24,971 nucleotides of DNA from Acanthaster planci (taxonomy: Eukaryota). The notes under the pieces are model-generated. The model searched no databases. It saw only the letters and a list, made by a program, of their open reading frames with translations, and had not been told where the DNA came from. Position numbers and translations under genes: made by a program. Below, one piece after another: positions 1-12,100 of the stretch (within the stretch, counting starts at the first letter, position 1; every line of letters begins with the position of its first letter). The stretch lies in the NCBI RefSeq assembly GCF_001949145.1, contig NW_019091359.1, forward strand, positions 2,368,540 to 2,393,510, in the 5' to 3' direction.

Positions 1-100
1 ATTTTTTTATATACGGGCTAGTAAAACTCTAAACGGGCTAGTAAAATATCCACTGAACTTGCCCAGTGGGCTAGCCAGGAAAAAGTTAACACAAGGCCTG
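1..100. mobile_element. End of a non-autonomous DNA transposon/MITE (hAT-like CAGG terminus), truncated by the window edge
   Basis: Subterminal repeats ACGGGCTAGTAAAA x2 plus GGGCTAG, ending in ...AAAAAGTTAACACAAGGCCTG (reverse complement CAGGCCTTGTG). The other end is not in the window. Confidence 0.4.
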
Positions 101-1099
101 GCTATAATTCGAAATTGAGCAACGCGAGACTACTGACGGGTGGTGCTCGTGCGGTTTAGTCCCAGTAATAAGCGTTTCAAGATTATGATGGTACCACGTA
201 CTGGCCCCATCTCAGCGAAAGTTTCATCTGCCTCGATCTGCCCGTATCATAACAAAATTAGGATTTATTCAACGAAATAGTATTCAAAGGACTGGACATC
301 AACATGGTTGTTCTTGTCTACAGTTAATAGAATTAACACAATTAGTCTACAAAATACACCAATATTCCCTGACTTCTAGTAGGCCTATACGCAATCACAG
401 AAGAAACTTACAAAATCTTTTCACAGTCTTTGTAAGTTATAAGGACACAAAGCAAGTCGTCTCAAAAGACAAACTGTAGATTGAATACGAACACAACCAG
501 GCAACATAATCTTCTATAATTATGATCAAATTCGGCACTTGAAAAAGCAAATTTAAGCGGCAGTAATGGGGGTGAAATTCGGTTGGTAACTGGAAATGGT
601 TTGTACGTAGACTAGGCTGTGATTTTGTAAAACAATATAATGGGGGCGTGGACTTCCGGTGAAGAAAAAGTAAATCCAGAATTGTTTGCCGAATTATCAA
701 GCAATTTTGTATTAATGTGGGCTATCATATCATATTGTACATACAACGGCATATGTAAAAAGAAATCAAAATGTAGACAGCTTAAAGAGCTAAACATGTT
801 AAGAAAAAATATATACGATTGCATAGAGTATTGAAGACAACAGAACCAGATAATGTTTACACAATAAACAAACGAGTTAACTGTAAATATATATTGTATT
901 ATGCCATTTTTTAATGATTGAAGTGAATGTAATCATGATCAGGCCATGACTTGTAGAGCACTCTAGTGAAATCGTTGTCTTGAAGGGTACAGTGAACGTC
1001 AACAAACACTACTTTGATTGACCAACATTCTTTGCATGTAAACAGCAGATGATGAAAGGCAGGCGATAGGTTACCGTGGCCCTTGTAACGGCGGGCTAA

Positions 1100-4000
1100 T
1101 CAATAAACACAGTCCACTTCATGGGCCGATTGATCTGCAGAGGAAAACATCGCAAAGAATAACTTGGCAGAACTTGAAAAACCGAAACTCACTAAAAAAG
1201 AAATGGGTGTGTCAGTTGAAAGGGTTCTGATCACAGTATAAGAACTTCTCTTTTCCTTGGAATACAGGTTCTAATCTATGGACAAGATTCGTTGACTCAT
1301 AGCGCACGAAGAGGAGATTATTACAGTGGAAGTAGTGTATTGAGTTCTGGCACGACAAAAATTAGCTCTCTTCAGTGGAAAACAAGAAGTTCTGTCGTAC
1401 TAACAAGATAATTTAAATTCAATTTATAGTTAAGCTTTTGAGTGCGACACGAAATGCCTCATCAATTCGACCAAGCCAACTGTAACTTATAAGTCAAGTG
1501 GCGAGTGGATCCACCTGTTTCACAAGCTCTCACAAAGACCTGATCGGAATAAAATAACTTTGGCGAAAGGCCAAATTTGAATATTTTTGTTGGCAAATAA
1601 AAACGAGTCTCTTTTCTTAATAAGTGGTCTCTTGTTGTTACAGGCACTTGGGCAAAGAAAGTTTATCTGGTCGGTCTAACACGCGTTTGGTCTGAGAGCA
1701 CTTGAAGATGATTTTTCAGTCATGGCTATTAATGACGTGTTTTCAAAAACTGAAGTAAGATTAAAATGATGTCTTTTTAGGACAGTTTGTGACACGAACT
1801 TCTGTCATTCCTTTGTTGAAACTCACCGTGATTTTCCAGGATTGACGTACAAATATCTCTGTACTGTGACGTTTGCTTCAGCTGATCGAAGGCCGGGTTC
1901 CACCAATCAGGCAAGCGACTATCCTTACGGACCATCATGCCGGCGCCATCTTGCATACAGGTCGAGATGGGGGTTCCGGATGCTACGTCCAAGTCAGTGT
2001 CAAGATTAAAGATCTGGTCGTTTGCAAATACGGCGTCGACCTTGACCAGAGATTTTGAGAACAATAAAGAGGGGATAAGCTCGATAATGCATTTTCCAAC
2101 TTTCCCACTGTAGGCCTATATAACAATGGCTACACCTCAACTGTGCATGCAGTTACTCTGAACATGTTAGTACAGTAGTGTTTTAAGAAAGGACTTGATT
2201 TTTATAGTTTTAAACATCCACCAAAGGGTGACGTCATCATGTAGTTTACAGCTAAATGCTCATAATTCAAAAGGTCTGATTTTTCCTTTCAACCCAATAA
2301 TATTCCATTATTTGAATGATTTAACCATGTCCTTCAAATTTGCTTATTATTTGAAAATCAGAGAAGATTTCATACCTCATGTAACTACAAACAAGTTCAT
2401 TATTCCAATTGTTGACACGCCCCGATTGACCGAGTGCGCCCGCTAAGTTAAACGTGACCCATAGATGGTATTTAAAAATATCAATAAACATGGCGTTCCC
2501 CCAAAGAAAAGTGTGTCATGAGTATCATCAACCAAAAGTAGAGCCGACGGTATAAACCGCACTCAGTCTGTACAATGATGCAGGAGTACTGCAACCAAAA
2601 TTGGCTTTATGTGTGGGAGACAAAACGCTTAAAAACACACTTTGCCGTGGGAGTGATACCATCATAAATCACCCGACACGTGACTTAGCTAATGCAATTG
2701 GTCTCTATCCAACAAAATTCCAACCACAAAAGGTTCAAAGTGCTTTGTAAATTTCAGTAACTCGGTCAACTTACCTGTTCGTTGTTTACACTTTCAACCA
2801 CTTCCTCTCTTGTCTGATAATGTACAATCTGCGCTATCTGATTGACTCCCTATTGTAATAACATAAATTTTAAAGTACCGACACAAATACGTCAGTTGAG
2901 AAAAGGAAGCAAGGACGATGGACGCGGTAATGTTTGAATGGAAGGCCCAGAATGTTTGTTTTATCCCTTCAATCATCATTCCTTTGTTTGCTCATTCCAT
3001 TGCACTTAGGGAGATGATTTTTTCAACCAAAGTGTTTTGGGGGAGCTGATCGAATCTCTTTATTTGCGGCAGATATGGCTGTCCCTGACCCCCATCACAC
3101 GAATCTGGAAATTTTGCTTTAGTATTGAGATCAAAATTGTGATGAAATGCCTTTGAAATGTCAAACAGAAATGGAAAATAACGTTTATTTCAGAAATTCC
3201 AGGGATTGTTTGAAAGTTACACTACGCGGAGACCTTCAAAAATTAAATCTTATAGCTTTATTGCGATGTTCCTACCGTGATACCAGCTCTTTGAACGCAG
3301 AATATGTTGGATGCGTGTCCGTCCAGGAAGGCAATTTTCTTGCCGGTAAGATTTGTGCTGTCGAAGTTCAGCGGGTTGCCCCGTTTCACGAAGAACACTG
3401 CTTTTAGAGGTTTACGGAACGGCTTCGTGAAAGCCACCGAGGCAGTCCGTTCGTAGGTGGCAAACCAGCCTGTGGGCAAACAGAAAAAAATTATTATTAT
3501 TATAAAGATTGACAAAGAAAGTTTGAAATTTCAGTCTGAATCCGTCAATGCTACTCTTTCAAAACTCCTAATACGGTGCTGATTGAGGTTTCCACTAAGC
3601 CCGAATGCATTCATGTTCTTTCTTGTTATAGGCCTATTTAAAGCTCATTTTACTAGCGGAACGTAGGCCTTAGTCAGTGGCTGATACGGAAAACCTTCAA
3701 AGTTTCCTCACATCAAGTGTTATTCTTCAAGCATACCAAAGATAACTATCAGTCTTACCTGTGCAAGCATCGTACCATCGGCTGACAAGCCCCACCCCTG
3801 GGCGGGGTCGCTTGTTTGGCTGTTGGGAGTAACAGTTCTCGTACACATCCCACATCAACCTGCAGTTCTTGTTCCCCGCACTGCAAACTGGAGGAGAAAA
3901 TGATTGAGAGCGTATATTCACTTCCTCATAGTTCTCACCTATTTGTCCATGAATACTGATTCCTTCTACGAGTTCCTTTTGTCAGATCAGTTTTCCTTTT

Positions 4001-5747
4001 GGGATTCTACTTTCATTTCTTTAATTTTTGTCAACCAAAGTACCATCCCTTGATTTTCCTTCCATACCACTTGTCTTTTCATGCGAAGTTCGTCATCCTT
4101 GTTCTTTGCACTATGTGCTCTTGTTATTTCGGGCTAAAGTTGGCCTATTTCTTTTACCAGCTACCTGCACCACGTTGCCCTCTAGCGGTCATGCGCTCGA
4201 TACATTTACAACTTCGACCATTGTAAAAACAAAAAGAACCCTCGGCCCTTGGGAAGGTCCTTTGCAATTTAAAGGGTGTAACTGGACACATCGATGGAAT
4301 CATTCCGTTTGGTTCAAGCTTGAATCAACTTTAACTGAAGAATGAAACGCAACAGCCGATACCTTAAAGTAAAAACATACAAACGTGTCAGCACCATAAT
4401 TTTCGATATTTGTCACTGTCAGATGGGCAATATCACGATGGAAGAAAAATTCTGAGTTCCCTTTTAATCGTTCTATATGTGCTTACCAGCCTCGATGATA
4501 TCAACATGGAAACCCCTCACTGTTCCACTGAGATCATCTCTGCAGAGAGAAATGATTAAAAGTCAAAAGATAAAAACCTAATCCTTGTGATAAAAATTTT
4601 CGAAATGACCATCGCTCTTTTCGTTTATTGTCTACGGGTGACTCAACAGCGCCCTCACACACAAGAGAAATAATCATAGCCCTGATTTCACGCATGGAGG
4701 CAGATATCCCTCTATGCTTCATGTGACTTTCCGCTGTGCTGACACACATCTGAGCGAAAACTTTCGACAAAAGGATCATCTGAAGTAAGGAAATGATCAC
4801 ACAGGTGTCTCATTAAGAACGAATGGTGATAGAAAGATGCCAAAGAAGCCCTATCACACCATACGGAACACATGCGGTGAAGTTTCCTCAATGTTTTCTG
4901 AACAAAACTCAAGGACGGTAAAATGTAGTCACAAATACCCAAGATCGAAAAATAAACGAACGTTAATAGAAATACTAAAACTGTCTTGTTTGTACCTTAA
5001 TTGAGATGAATGGATATAAATATCTAGTAGGGCCTATCCAAATCATGTACACAGAACATTGATAATGAAACAAAGAAGTCGCAGTATGAACAAAATCTCT
5101 AGACATTAAAACTAATATTTGATTGGAATGAACTTTTGGGGGTTATTAAAACTGGTTTATGGCCGAGTAAACCTCAATCTTAACACACTCACATGTACTC
5201 CAAATTGGTGCCATCATGCCCGATGGCAAAAACCCAGATTTTATTGGGGTCGTCCACACTAGAGGAACCTGGTATTGTAAAAAAAAAAAAAGGAAAAGAA
5301 AAGGTTGAGATGACACTCCACTGATACACTGACTCCACTGAGAGACTCCACTGTCTCTCCAGGACAAGGTCAAGCACAGTATATCAAGTCGGCAATTTAA
5401 GCATCTGGGAACAGCTTTCCGTTCGTGTATTTTGTGTCATGTTTATTATATCTCAGTAACTTCGACAAGCCTACAGAGAAGCTCGGTTACGCCTCAAGGC
5501 GCTTTTATTTACATGCCCATGTACCTGTATTCGAGCCCCCGGATGGCACCTGCACATTAGTGGTTACAGGTGCACTGGGTCGGCCCAGAGAGACAGCTGC
5601 CAAAATGATTGCGAGGATAGCCACGATCCCAACAATCAGTACAGCCACGGTCAGGAGCAGGAGTTGTCGGCCCGGGGACGGGTCGCCTCGGATCACACCC
5701 CTACCAGCCTTCTGGCTGGTCAGCTCAGCTTCGTCACTTTGGGTCAT
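1100..5747 (-). CDS. Gene A: type II membrane-anchored protein with extracellular bacterial-type amino-acid-binding (SBP family 3 / PBP type 2, HisJ/ArtJ/GlnH-like) domain, 332 aa, 8 coding exons
   Basis: Exons, 5' to 3' on the - strand: 5747-5525, 5268-5193, 4539-4487, 3887-3759, 3469-3276, 2849-2775, 2040-1827, 1134-1100. Total 999 nt, all introns GT-AG, phases 1,2,1,1,0,0,1. ATG context ACAACCATGA. TM segment LLLLTVAVLIVGIVAILAIILAAVSLG. SBP motifs: GTVRGFHVDIIEAVCSAGNKNC, ATYERTASVAFTKPF, LTGKKIAFLDG, VDAVFAN, GAGMMVRKDSRLPDWWNPAFDQLK. Ends HDQSAHEVDCVY*. The exon structure is mirrored by gene B. Confidence 0.9.
4175..4191 (-). promoter_or_regulatory. CTCF-like motif in intron 3 of gene A
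   Basis: The - strand reads TGACCGCTAGAGGGCAA, close to the CTCF core CCRSYAGRKGGCR. Motif match only. Confidence 0.3.
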
Positions 5748-6339
5748 GGTTGTCAAGTCTAACAATATAAGACAAATGAATACAACAAAAGGAAGGGAAG
5801 GGGGTTCAAAAAATGTATCTTTAGTGTAAATTGATTTTTAAAACTTAGGCCTCCGGAGCTGAATTTGCCGATTTATTCAATTTCCTTTTTTTGGGGGGGG
5901 ACGCCAAAGATGACTGCCGGGCCATACACGCAAAACGTCTTCACAAGTCCCGCCAAAGCCCACTGCGGCTAAGATTTTAAATATTTGACTTTTTGTTTAG
6001 ATTTCATTGATTATGAGAATATTGGGCCTCCTATGATGGCGCCAGTGACTGCCACTCCTCGGTATCGACTCACAATCAGGGTAAATAGGACACCACTGCT
6101 CCAAAACGGTTAGGTTTTAAAGAGGCAAGTCGGAAGTCATGCGAAGCGGGCTGGCATTCCCCACGATTGAATGGTTTAAAAGTGCAAAGCTCATGTGCAA
6201 TCCCGTTGTTCGTTGCGAACACATGTAGCATAAATACACTAAAACGAAAAGGGTACTTGGTTTATTTTTGCCGAGATGCGTAATGACGTCTGAGCTTGTG
6301 CATGGGAAAAAAATTCCACCTACCATTGTTCGTGCTTAC

Positions 6340-6440
6340 CTACTCTGTACCCGAGTAGTTGGAGCATGCAAACACCGGCAAACAATAGCAAACTTTTCAA
6401 ACACACAATGTCCTTCAGAAAAGCTTCAACAAAAGAACTA
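6340..6440 (-). other. Probable non-coding 5' UTR exon of gene A (upstream boundary uncertain)
   Basis: Gene A's first coding exon has a polypyrimidine tract and AG acceptor (5760-5759) just 11 nt before the ATG, so an upstream exon is implied. A consensus donor AG|GTAAGC lies at 6340/6339 on the - strand. Confidence 0.45.
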
Positions 6441-9140
6441 GGGACCCTCCAGGTTTGCGAGTCTGTTTGCTTGATCAAGCCAAACTAAGCCGAAACCAAC
6501 TGTGCCATTACTATGCCTATACATGTACATATAATCTGCTGCCGTTCGATTTCTGCCTGAGCTCATTACTCGGCAAAAAGCAAAGCGTATACGGATAGTT
6601 GTAAGCGGTTCAGCCTCAGGTTGATTTGAAATAGGCCTCCTAGTCAATAGTTGGCAGTTTTATCGCTGAAACTGAAAAAGATCGACTTTTTGTGCAGTAC
6701 TCAGATTGTTGTCACAAAAGTGTTGCACGTGGCAGCTTTGATTACAATTCAAGTCCGAACAGGCTGAGCAACTTCAACTCTCACACCATGAGAAGTTTAC
6801 CTCTAGATACGGTGAAGATGTGATGTTACTGTATTGAACATTATCATTGCATTTCCACACGTTTGGGATTATAGTTCACCTTACACTTCGTTAAACTTGG
6901 TTCTTGAGGAGAACCTCGATGATAGAACCCACTTTGAAGACTCGCCCGGGAACCTCACAATATCAAAGTTGAACCCTTTTGCCAATTACAGTGAATGTGT
7001 GCAATGAAATTTTCCCACATATGCCTACCGTGGCAACTCACCGAAGCAGCTCAGATCGATTTACTGACTATAGCTCGTGGGGGAATATCTCTTTACCGTA
7101 TAGTTGTGCTTACACTTACAACTGCCAGTGTCTGTCCCGCCGGGGTTGCTAACCACTATTACGGGCAAACACATTACATATATCCGACTTCTTGTGTCAT
7201 GTCCCTGAAAAAGCCTTCAACAAAAGAATAGCACGAAGCATTCTTGTGTGCCTGTAACTAATTCTCAGCGCCTGAAAAGTATTTTCTGCCCGTTGAAGAT
7301 ATCGCGTAACTACTGTACATTAACAGCAGAGGTACATGTCTAGGATCGTGCAGTTCAAGTGACAATGACTTAATGAAGTTCTCGAGTCATAACCTACACA
7401 GAGGCTTCTGGCCGCCTGTAGAAAAAACACAGGCGCAGTTAATACACCTGCTTTGACCCGTTTTACCTCGAAAGGGCCAGGTATAGTTGAACTCGAAAAT
7501 ATGACCGAGTACAGTGGTGTCGTTTCTCAGAAACCAACCCCTAACTAGACGGGCAGGTGCACAATCGTCGTGGAAAGCTGGCCTAGTGTCCTTTCTAAAA
7601 TGCATTTAACTGGGAGTTCAGCGATTTATCTTTATTTATATATCCACAACTCATTTAGCAAGTAGAAGGAATTACAGATACAACGATGGACTCGTTTAGT
7701 AGCATATTTGTATTCCGTTTCAAAGAATAATACACAGTGGACCATATTTGCACGCAACAAATGTTCAAATCATACACCTTATCTTTCATGCGCCCTTCCT
7801 TTCATCACGATCAAAATTAACAAGCTTCGCCGAACAACTCAAACCCTTTTCCCACTCATTTCTTTTTTGTCTCGAAACAATCTGTAAAACCCCGCAGACT
7901 AAAAATCGTACCTGTTGTCGACAAACTGGCTTCGATTGGTTTCCCGTACAGGCCCGCCGTCTGCTATCTGGCGGAGGTATGACTGAAGGCCTAGCCAGCC
8001 AAGAGATGGTGGACTTAGTTCATGAATAGGTGAACTGAAAATGGTTATTCATCATATTCAACGCTCTCCCAGGGATTCATTTGAATAATAAAATGGCTTA
8101 TGAAACCCGGGACGGTCCATAACAACAACACTCATCGGACTTTGTTAAGAATGAAATCGATCTTCAAATATGGACTGTTAGCTGATCTCCTCGTACACAC
8201 CTGGCCGGGGCTTGAGTGTTGAATGGAATAAGCTGGCGCTTAACATAACTTTAAAGTGGATTTACAATTGAATTTCATCTGAATGATTTTTGTGGAAAAA
8301 TGGAGTCCAACAATTTTGCGGTATTAAAGTAGGGAGTTAAAGTGCCCAGTTGCTTCCACTGTGCAACGTTCAAGAATTAAAAGAACTGAGCGAGACAATA
8401 AAGATAACATAGAAAGAAGGACATAAAAACTGCGGCTACATGAGAATGTAACTTTTCTTTGCAAAATTACCCAAGTGTTTTTTTTTTTAATTTAAGTCTT
8501 CTGTCACGGTAACGCCGAAATATTGAGATGCCATCACACACACTGACATGCGTGTTCTCAAACTTGACACCCTGTAAAGTATGGCAAGTAGTAAGATTGT
8601 TTATTGCTATGAAGTTATACACAACAGTCAGTCACTTAGGAAGAGAAATTTAATTCTGCGAAATCTAAAAAAATGGAAATTTTGTGTACAAACAATAATT
8701 TCTGGGTTGACAGCTCAGGGAAATGGAAATAATTGTAAGCATAAAACCATAAAAATGGGCAACAAAATACAATTTACAAAAGTGAAATGAAACTGATACG
8801 AGGTTAACTGAGACCAATGGAGAGTGCATTATGGATGAGTGTATCATAAAAATTCCACCTGCACTTCTTACTTAATTAGAGTAAAAAATGTACATTTATT
8901 AAACTTGGTTATGTACTGTTGAGATCCACAATGCACCACTGTGCAGTCACAGGAAGTGTGAGGCTGACGATTGTGGTTTCAGCAGGAGTAGGCCTACACG
9001 TGTTTAGTGTTTCCTGTAATAATGCCGCTAAGGTGGGTCTAGTGTGTCGATGGAGGTAACAATAGCACTGATGCTTTGTTCAAGGCATATAAGGCACTGA
9101 TCCGTTCCCCGCCAAGTATTAGGGTGTTGGTTCCTAGTCA

Positions 9141-12100
9141 ATGACCATGGCGGCAAGCGACGAGCCCAGTTACGACAGAATGGATATTTTCCCGAGCTCA
9201 AGGAGTCACCCAAGACGCAGTGCTCTTTGCCACGACGTCATGGTCGTTGTGATCGGGGTTGTGGCCATCGTTGCCCTGGTGTTCTCGGCAATTGCCTTGT
9301 CTCGCCCGGGAACGACGAAAGTACAGCTTGACGGTGTGGCAACAGGTACGTGAATACCGTAGGCCAACACGTGCGTTAACAGCTGCACAGTGTAAGGAAT
9401 TAAGATTGGGTACATTTACATGTGTACATGTTAAAAGGTCAAAACCCGGTGCACAGTGTAGNNNNNNNNNNNNNNNNNNNNNNNNNNNNNNNNNNNNNNN
9501 NNNNNNNNNNNNNNNNNNNNNNNNNNNNNNNNNNNNNNNNNNNNNNNNNNNNNNNNNNNNCGGTCTCATTTCTTGCTGGGTATACAGTGGGGGGTAAATA
9601 CCCACCCACCCGCCGGGGGCACAACTGTTCCAGTGGGTATCGAAAGCCGATGAAATGTGGTTTGTACATTATTGTTGCGTGTATTTCAAAATTTCAATAC
9701 AGGTAATGGGGAGGTTTTTACTCAGCGGTGTGGGCCTAATTCCAAACGCATTTGACTCGGAAGTTGCGCGAGGAAACCTTTGATCCCTCTCCCTGGACAA
9801 TTACAGTAGGCGCTTGCAGTGACTTTCGATGTTATCTTCTGCTAAAGGTCTTTTTTTTTTAAATTAAATTAAATTAAATTTTAATTTTTTTTTACTTAAC
9901 TTTGTGTCTAATTTTCACAATTTTGCTGGGTTTACCTTCAAGTAACTTTGATGCCATATGAAAGACTAGTAACTCTTATGAACAAAAAAGTTCATTCTAG
10001 GAAGAACACCACTTTTTTCAAATCACTTCGTTTTTCTTTGGGACCTATTTTCGTCATTATCCGTGTTTTTCACCTTGCTCAGTGCCCAATTTTCACACAT
10101 TTGTCGAATTCCCCTCGGGTCATCGGTGATACTGTCTGGAAGACTGATGAATTGTTCGTATCCATTGGTCATTTCTACGAGATCAAGATCCATTTGTCTG
10201 AAATGTGGTTCGTTTTTCGTGCCAATTTCCGCAATGAGTCCGACAGCGGTCCAAAATGAAGTGTCCGGATTTGGGGCATGGCATACACGTACGCAAACAA
10301 CGATATCTGAGCTTGATGTTGATCAATTTTTGGGGGGTCCACCCGTCCGAGTCAAGAGCCATTTTACTGGCTTCTGGCTGTAGTAGGATTCAGTACGCAT
10401 GCGCACCAACTAAGTGAGGGGCGCGGAATGAACAACTTGAGTTCCTTTTTGTCGCCACGTATTGTCAAGTGTGATTAGCTTTCAGAGTAAGTGGCGAAAT
10501 GAGGGACCTGGCGACTATACATGTATACGGTCACGTATGACATGTAGTCATCAAGGTGGAACGTTAATGTCGACACTGTTGTCTTTCCCAGGTTCTAGCC
10601 TAGCAAAAGATGACAAAATATGGATATTTGCGATTGGCCACGACGGTACCAACGTGGAGTATTTGTAAGTGCATGCTTTCACAATACATTTGTGTATACC
10701 TAAGACACACCCCCATTAGATACTTCTAAGGTACCCACTCCACAATTGATAGTACACTGTACATGTATTCACTGTTCATGTAAGTCGGTCATGTCATTTA
10801 GAGTATTTTCATTACGAGAGATTTTTTTTCTTGCTTTCACTGACAGTGACAAAACGACTGGAACATTGAGGGGGTTCCATGTTGACATTGTTGACGCCGG
10901 TAAGTAAACAGGTGACAACAGCGATAACTAAAGCGACTGGTGGTCATTTAAGGAGGATCCAGAACCCAATTTTCTGGGAGAGGAATATTTTTTTTTATTC
11001 CTGTGTATAACCTTTAATTGCCCGTGTTAACTTAAGGGTGAGGCTAAATTTTGGAACTTTTATACACTTTTAGAGATAAGGGAAATAAAACATCCCCTAA
11101 ATGTCCTTTCTGTCACTATTCAAACAATTAATAGGGGAGGCGGTGGTGCGGCCTCAATAGCCAGTTCGGTACTTCAAAAAGGCAAGGTTTGTTCGGGAAT
11201 AAAGCACGCGCGTCACGGTGAGTTGGCATATGGCTGCGCTGATAGGACCATTGATTTCTAGGACAGACAATCGCACACTGCTATATTGTTCCTGTATGAC
11301 CTCTGGCCACGCTTCACAGCTTTGGGCGCGCCCTGTTAGAATATCGAAATGGCTCGTCGGCCGCGTCCTATCTGTCATTGGTTATCACAGTGCTGTTGAC
11401 GATGTTGATTGTGTTCATTATTCGCCTTAAGCAGAAACGTTTACCCCCTCATCGGTTAAAAAGAGCCATGTTGGTTGGGAGGGTTGGGACTGTTCACTTT
11501 TGTTGGTTGGTGATGCGACAGCAACTTGTCAATTTCATGGTCGTTTTATGAAACCAGCGCTGCAGTTCCCACAAAAGGAGCCTTCGTTGCTAGCAAACGT
11601 GCGCCCTCTCTTGGTCCAGCTCGGGGCTCATGGTATACTGACGAAAAAAGGCAAAGGACAATACCGTTGCGAAACCGGGAACTCGACTCTGTATACATAT
11701 AATCTCTTTCAAATCACTGGTTTCTATTTAGTGTGCCAAATGGCTGATAAAAACTGCCGGTTGATGTGGGATGCCTATGACAACTGCTACACCTCAGACG
11801 AGGGGGAGTTGCCACGCCCTGGACAGGGACTGATTGGTCGTTGGTACGATGCATGCACTGGTAAGCATGCGGCCTCCTTACTTTGCTCTTGTGCATGCAC
11901 ATCAAGTGCCATCAGGAGTAAGTTTTAGATGGGTTTCTTATTTCCTGTATTGAACTTACACTAAGGGACAGATCAAACCAACCAACATTTTGCTTTTCGG
12001 CATTTTGCGAAATCTAAAGAAGCGCCTGTTTGCATGAACTCGATTAGAACAATCGGTCTAAGGTCACAGAAGCCATTTTAGACAGAAAGGGTCTTCAAAT

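Noticed and set aside
437..834. Short ORFs downstream of gene A
   Set aside because: AT-rich probable 3' UTR or intergenic sequence with no coding signal.
5316..5353. ACTCCACTG repeated three times
   Set aside because: A tiny intronic tandem repeat with short irregular spacers; not CRISPR-like.
6409..7231. ~30-bp similarity between 6409-6441 and 7200-7231 (TGTCC...CTTCAACAAAAGAA)
   Set aside because: Short, A-rich and gapped, and the flanks do not align; could be chance.
7733..9459. Several CACAGTG/CACTGTG heptamers (RSS- or Transib-like ends) near 7733, 8360, 8940, 9386 and 9452
   Set aside because: Similarity does not extend beyond about 8-11 bp, there is no nonamer at 12/23 spacing, and I found no matching end pair, target-site duplication or transposase.
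9948..10383. Overlapping ~100-aa ORFs in gene B intron 1
   Set aside because: No recognisable motifs on either strand and no splice support; likely non-coding or repeat-derived.
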